A stretch of 64,000 nt of DNA from Eledone cirrhosa (lineage: Eukaryota): contig OZ024742.1 of NCBI GenBank assembly GCA_964016885.1, positions 83,514,001-83,578,000 of the forward strand. The letters are read 5' to 3'. Of the stretch, positions 57,463 through 64,000 are shown piece by piece. Every line of letters begins with the position of its first letter. The stretch's first letter is position 1. The notes under the pieces are model-generated. The model was not told where the DNA came from. It ran no database searches and saw only the letters and a list, made by a program, of their open reading frames with translations. A program made the translations under genes and the position numbers.

Positions 57463-58968
57463 AGTGGTCACACTCTTCGGTGTACCCAGTGCTGTGACAT
57501 CATCAGACAGCTTCTTACATAATAAGGTTATGTTCCCGAGGCAATCCAAATTGAATCGACAAGGGAACGGACAAAGCGGGTGTTCTTGAATCCTTCGCCC
57601 GTTCCCTTGCGAGTCCCAATTCACCTCCACCGGTCTGCGCAGGCGCAAGTCCGAGGGAAGTTGACCATCCACTACCCCAAAACTCTACGAAACTCGCCTA
57701 GGCAGGTCCCGTCATACCCCAACGAAGCAATCCACCCCATCCAGGTAGGTAATATGACACGGTTATAGTTTACTGCTTGTCGCCTGCTAGTGGCAGTTGA
57801 CCGAACCCTAGTGGTGGAGGCAGAGTATGAGTTTCAATAGGCTTCAATACTACCCCTAAATTATGCTTGAACAGTTGAATTGACCATCAACCGCTAAGAG
57901 AATATATACTTATTTCTAGGTATTGTGCCTAAAGTAGAAACAATTATGGTTTCATAGTGGAAATTATGATTGAAAATTAGAAATTAAAAATTACAAGTTA
58001 AAATCTTGATTGAAGTAAATTAAAAAAAAATTATATATAATAGCTAATAAATAGGGAGATGTTTAAATTATAGTAAGAGGTTTTGAAAAGGGATTCAATA
58101 TTACAGATATATTATCCATATATTGAACGATAGTACCGTACAGTATATTGTTTTTTATATTGTTTCTTATATTTTTTCTCATACATGTCTCCTCTCTCAT
58201 TTTGCATCTATGTACTTTTTGTTTTGATTCATGTGATAGAAGAAGATATTAACTAATTATTTGCCTAAATACTACGTTTCTTACTGTAATTTACCCTCCG
58301 TTCTACTGTACGGTACTATCGTTCAACATATGGATAATATATCTGTAATATTGATCCTCCTTTCAAAACTTCTTACTATAATTTAAACATCTGCCTATTT
58401 ATTATTTATTATATATAATTTTTTTTTTTATTTACTTCAATCAGGATTTTAACTTGTAATTTTTTTAATTTCTAATTTTCAATCATAATTTCCACTGTGA
58501 AACCATAATATCTAGAATTAAGTTTATATTCTCTTAGCGGCTGATGGTCAATTCTACTGTCCAAGCATAATTTAGGGGCAGTATTGAGACCTATTGAAGC
58601 TCATACTCGGCCTCCACCACTAGGTTTCTGTCAATGTCCACTGGCAGGGTGACTAGTAGTAAACTATAACCGTGTCATATTACCGACATGGATGGGTTGA
58701 TTGCTCCGTTGGGGTATGGGGGAACCTGCCTAGGGGAGTTTCGTAGAGTTTTGGAGTAGTGGATGGTCAACTTCCTTCTGACTTGCGCCTGCGTAAACCG
58801 GTGGGGGTGAATTGGGATTCACAAGAGAACGGGCGAAGGATTCAAGAACACCCGCTTTGTCCGTTCCCTTGTCGATTCAATTTGGATTGCCTCGGCAACG
58901 TAACATTATTATGTAAGAAGCTGTCTGATGATGTCACGGCACTGGGTACACCGAAGAGTGTGGCCACT
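57463..58968. mobile_element. 1.5-kb foldback element with ~665-683-bp inverted arms
   Basis: Arms 57463-58145 and 58304-58968, 158-bp spacer, roughly 90% identity by eye. Confidence 0.9.
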
Positions 58969-59121
58969 GTCGTCATTGAAATATGAATCACAGCATTATC
59001 ATTAAAGGACTTTAACTTCTGAAACTACTTCGCATTTTCTTTTTCTAAATATACTCCGTCACTCATATGTGGAAAAAATACGTTGAGTGCTTGATTTGAA
59101 CTGCAACAATGTTTGCCTTAA

Positions 59122-59185
<64 letters not shown>

Positions 59186-59193
<8 letters not shown>

Positions 59194-59855
59194 GGATACT
59201 TAGTAAAATCGAATCTCTGGCGGTGTGCAAGCAAATTCGGCCTACTATATGAATGAATGAGGTAGCAAAGCACTCGACAAGGTAGGTCCTTAGAGTAATA
59301 ACATACGTTTAAATAGCTTGACAAATTGAACATTATGGTAGGCAAAATCTAACACACAATATACCAAAGTAACGAAAGAACTAACAGGTTCAGAAAAATA
59401 CACCTGGACAAATCAAACGTTAAGCGTTTAAAGTGTTTCTATGAATCCGAAATCAAATATCAGATTTACGTAACTGGTAAGCTCATGGTATTCATGATCG
59501 AACAGAGGATTCAGTTCTTCAACAGGTTTTCGTTCTACCAAAGAACGGGGCGACAAGCTAAATGTTGCCGCTTAGCTGCGGCGTATCGTATATTTAGTTG
59601 TCACGTGTTATTTCCAGCAAGGGAAATAACCCCCGGTTTTTGGCGGGTCATTCAAAATGTTAGACAAAGGAAATATTATAAATTTCCGCTAACCATCAGA
59701 ATAAGCTCTCGATCAGATGTTATTAAACAAACACAAATAATTAACCAATCAACAGAATTGTCTAATGAAATTAATTAGTTAATTATTAAATCTAAGAGAA
59801 AATAATATAATTGGATACTTAGTAAAATCGAATCTCTGGCGGTGTGCAAGCAAAT
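59186..59855 (-). repeat. ~50-bp perfect direct repeat, 619 bp apart (probable Penelope-type partial tandem)
   Basis: attggatacttagtaaaatcgaatctctggcggtgtgcaagcaaat at 59191-59236 and 59810-59855. Confidence 0.75.
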
Positions 59856-60674
59856 ATATACTATATTCTCATTATCTTATTTCTGGAACTCAGGGTCTGA
59901 TATTGAAAATGTTTTTGATTAAACAGAGAGTATATTTACAAATATACTATACATACATTCATGTATAAATCGCTATTTCAGAGCACCAATACTAATGCCT
60001 AATTTTTACAGGATCGGTAACCGCTCCGTTTAATCAGCTCTTATATATAATTGAGCTTTTCTACTGAGAAACATAATTATCACTTATCATACATTTCATA
60101 TATGTTATGATACCTGAACTTAGTATATATATAAGCGAACATTTTTATCGTGTATGTGTATTAATATCTGGCGATAAATTAATTTCGGCAATATATTGGT
60201 ATTTTCAAATACTCAGATTAATATTTTTAGAGTTACTATAAAAAACAAATAAACCGAAAATTACGAAGCAATAAAATGAAATACAGCAAATAATTATAAC
60301 ATACAAACATTGATATATACAGAAAAAAAAGCTACACATTGTCTACTCTGTGTCAATGTTTGTCTATTTGTATAAATATACGCTATATACACCTCATGAT
60401 TAAATATGCATACCCTCATATAAAAAAGAAATATGAAATAGTTAATGATGATCTAGACACTTATAATGTCATCCTGTAGTCCTCCGCTTAGTTCCGCCAT
60501 TTTAAACCTCTTATTTTGAAAGCTATATATATATATATGTGTGTATGTGTGTATTTATGTATACATGTATACATGTATATAATATATAGATTCCCGAGTT
60601 GTGTCGAGGGGGGGGGAGTAAAAACAGTTGAAAAGGGCACTCAATATGTTGGTAGAGTATAGGCATCTTTATTA

Positions 60675-60789
60675 TATAGAAATGGGTTCTACAGGATTAT
60701 AACTGCTTCAGTCGTATGAAATCTTCAGGAATGCCCTGATGATTTACTAGGAATGAAACAGTTCTAGTCCTGTAGGAGCCATTTTTATA
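60675..60789. ncRNA. Inverted pair of hammerhead-like motifs
   Basis: 55-bp imperfect arms. + copy: cc-CTGATGA..GAA-acag(..)ctgt-A-gg. - copy: CTGAAGA..GAAG. Confidence 0.6.
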
Positions 60790-60799
60790 GACTGTATAT

Positions 60800-62959
60800 A
60801 TATATACAAGCGACAACGAAATGTATACAGAGGTCCCGGACATAACTGCAGCCCAGATCGAAAAACAGGCCAACTCCATCTGGTTCGATATCTGTAGTAG
60901 AAGACAACTCCCAAATAAATTTAAGTTCAATCACACCACTAGAAATACCAGACTGCCCACTTTCTATCACCTCATCAAGACCCACAAGAATAGTACTAAG
61001 ACACAAATAAGACCCATCGTCTCTAGCATAGAAGGGCCCCTATACAAAATCTCCTGGCTCCTCTCCCAAGTCCTCAAGCCTCTACTCTCCACCTTTCCCG
61101 GGCATGTCAGTAGCTCCTACTAGGTCATACGTAGACTTCACCATCTCCAGCCAGAACAACTTAAATTAAATAGATACGCCTTTAGCCTCGACGTTGTCTC
61201 CCTCTATACTACAGTCCCCGCTCATCCAGCTGTCGATTTATTGACGGACTGCGTGGTTGCAGAAGACGTCCACTGCTACGGCCTCCAACCGACGGACATA
61301 CACCAGCTTTTGTCTTTCACAGTGGACAACACGTACTTCACCTTCCACCACCACACATACAGACAGACAACAGGATTACCCATGGGATCCAGCCTATCGG
61401 GCCTGCTGGCCATCGCTTATATGAACCAGCTGGAATGCCGAGCCCTCAACACCTGACATTCCTATACCTTCTTCACCCGATATGTAGATGACATACTCAT
61501 CCTTAGATCATCCCGTGAAGAAGCGGATAAAATATACATGACATTCTCCAGCATGGACGCCAATATAAAGTTCAGCATGGAACACCCCGATGACCGCGTA
61601 TCCCTATCCCTATTTGACTTCCAACTCAGGGTAACAGAGGAAGGTGACATCCACACCTGCTTCTATAAAAACGCCGCCAGCAGGGGCCTGTTCGTACATT
61701 TCAGATCAGCCCTCCCAGTCAGCGCTAAGTTCGGATACATAAGGAATGAACTACACGTATCCAGAACAAATGCACCGACGCAAGAGACCAGGACACACAC
61801 ACCACACATTTCCTGAAAGTACTTAAACTGAACGGATACCCGACGTCCACCGCGAACCGTGTCAGAAACAACAGAGGACACCACACCCGAGGCACTAACA
61901 CCTGCTTCCTGAAGTTCCCACACTTCAGTGACGAAACAACAAGAGCCATCCGCAGAGCTATCAGACGAGAGGGACTAGATATCTAACTAGCCCACTCAGG
62001 ACCTTCTCTAGGCGGACAGCTAACCAAAAGACACTCCACCAGACATGAGGCATGACAGCCGCTACAGGCTAGCCAACTGCCACATCGACGACACAGACCT
62101 ATGCCACCAGGCTTACGTCGTATACAGATTAGAGTGTGACAAATGCAGCAATTTCTACATAGGTAGCACCACCAGACCACTTCACATTAGAATAAAAGAA
62201 CACCTCAACAATAATGCTTCCTCATTTGAGAAACACTTAGTGAGATGCAAAAACACCGACAAAAACATAATAGTTAGGATAGAAGCTAAGGAAAGAAACC
62301 TTGGCAATCTTAGAATTAAAGAAGCACTAATTATAGACAAAAGGGAACCACTAATCAATAACAGACTAGAACTCAACACCCAATATTTAACATGATAGAG
62401 CACCCAGTCCCACACTTACACCTCCACGTACCATCTCACACACACGCACGCTTACACCTTCACTTATTCTCTCACACACATACACACACATAGACCAGTT
62501 TTAACATGATAGAGCATCTAGCCCCCACATTTACATATAAACATATCCTCTCACACTCACACACACACACACACACGCATGCTTACACCTTCACGTATTC
62601 TCCCACACACACTTAGACATACATGTGCAAACCCCTTTTAAAGGGAGACAACCCTTTATCTACCAAACCTTCACTCTTTGACATTAGAAATTGAATGGAA
62701 ATGCTATACTATTTCCTGTCAGCATGACTTGGCAAGCTAATTAGAACACTGGATTAGCCCCTTTACTTCACTCAGAAGAAGAGATATTATCTCGAAAATT
62801 AATGATATTCAAATAAATTTAAGGTAAAAGACTAATTGTCAGCAATATCTTTTGCATTTGTATTTATATTCTATATCGATACCTGCATTGTTTTGGCCTT
62901 CTAACTCCAAACGTTTATACCTCACTACGCAATGCTTCAAGTAAACTACAATTTCCTCC
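60800..62959 (+). mobile_element. Penelope-like element, 5'-truncated, disrupted RT + GIY-YIG
   Basis: FYHLIKTHK, IRPIVS, FSLDVVSLYT, GLPMGS, RYVDD, IKFSME, VVYRLEC..C..FYIGSTTRPLHIRIKEH. ~115-bp 3' UTR duplication. Decayed hammerhead cagaaga-a-gagat(att)atctc-gaaa at 62773-62797. Ends in (TA)n. Confidence 0.92.
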
Positions 62960-62998
62960 TATATATATATATATGTATATATATATAGGAGGAAATTG

Positions 62999-63062
<64 letters not shown>

Positions 63063-63079
63063 GTACACACACACACATA

Positions 63080-63116
<37 letters not shown>

Positions 63117-63121
<5 letters not shown>

Positions 63122-63306
63122 AACCAGTAAGACCCCGACAGCTGAACTCAAGCCGTTTCGACGGCTAATTCTTGAATTAGCCGTCGAAACGGCTTGAGCT
63201 CAGCTGTCGGGGTCTTACTGGTTCCTATTACCCACTCTACTACCTCAAGTATTGAGTACTTTGGTGCGTTATGGTCCACCTGGTTCCTTACCACATTTCC
63301 TTCGTT
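63117..63306 (+). mobile_element. Penelope-type 3' end with a 112-bp fold-back palindrome, embedded in (TA)n
   Basis: 55-bp arms 63117-63171 and 63174-63228; the 3' tail matches 45255-45308. Confidence 0.8.
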
Positions 63307-63332
63307 ATATATATATATATATATACAAATGA

Positions 63333-63960
63333 TTCATCAGTCAGCAAATGTGGATTCTGTTTACTACACATCTAGCCTCATGGATAGAGAGAAAGCTAAT
63401 ATACACGCTGCCCAGGGTAGGGCGAAATCACGTGTTATTTGCATCAAATAACGGTTCTCGTGGATTGGGGAAAATGCTAGAGAGAGCAGCCCAACCATTC
63501 GAATTAATTAGCTCAAGAATTTGGAGCTCGTTAAGTACAAGGATCGGAATTAAGAGTATTCCGCAGTTCACAGTAATAATAATAATATTAGCTCAAAGAA
63601 GAATAGAGAATTTTCTTCTGAGCTCGGATACAAATATATTACACAAATAGATGTGTGTTACACAGTGAAATGTGTGTAAAGGATTATTACAAGTGATTTT
63701 TACCGTTACTGTATAGAAAACAATATCTATAAGTTTAGCAATTATCCGAGCTCAGAAGAAAATTCTCTAATCCATGAGAACGGTTATTTGATGCAAATAA
63801 CACGTGATTTTGCCCTACCCTGGGCAGCGTGTATATTAACTTTCTCTCTATCCATGAGGCTAGATGTGTAGTAAACAGAATCCACATTTCCTGACTGATG
63901 AACCTGTGGCTGTTAAACTGCACATTTCTGTGGCGAAACGAACTTAATTCGTATCAGCAA
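63333..63960 (+). mobile_element. Inverted pLTR-like structure with hammerhead
   Basis: 63333-63466 plus 63604-63630 are the reverse complement of 63743-63902. Confidence 0.75.
63888..63960 (+). ncRNA. Type I hammerhead ribozyme motif
   Basis: ttcctga-CTGATGA...GAA-acgaa(cttaa)ttcgt-A-tcagcaa; GUA triplet, 5-bp helix III. Confidence 0.8.
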
Positions 63961-64000
63961 ACTTATAGTTATAAGGTTAGTAATTTAAAACTCTACTTCA

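Noticed and set aside
57463-58968. A-to-I signature in the large foldback
   Set aside because: Mismatches include A-C pairs and transversions, consistent with ordinary decay.
57397-58986. Mirror ORFs MDGQLPSDLRLR... in both foldback arms
   Set aside because: Short, GTG start, no recognisable domain; the similarity follows from the inverted repeat.

Overview
Repeat-saturated, AT-rich metazoan genomic DNA. The SINE family and microsatellite style suggest an octopus or other cephalopod (inference). No host exon, CRISPR array or prokaryotic operon can be supported, and almost all short ORFs in the track are microsatellite or antisense artefacts. Non-LTR content: three Tx1/L1-type LINEs in the same orientation bounded by (GATA)n, plus R4/Dong-like, CRE-like and RTE LINE relics and tRNA-type SINEs with TSDs. 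Other elements: three Penelope-like (RT + GIY-YIG) relics with several type I hammerhead ribozyme motifs, a non-autonomous Helitron, a Gypsy relic, two large inverted-repeat elements, a U2 snRNA pseudogene, minisatellites and a 200-N gap. The most striking signal is a 110-bp inverted repeat at 49858-50154 in which all 30 non-Watson-Crick pairs are G-T on the + strand. Reverting those G to A restores a hammerhead and gives an ADAR-like neighbour preference, so it looks like an A-to-I hyper-edited retroelement RNA written back into the genome. Also notable: a possible micro-intron that would fuse LINE ORF1 to ORF2 in frame in two diverged copies, a fold-back centred on hammerhead helix II, and a retrozyme-like ~312-bp repeat carrying CTCF-like motifs.
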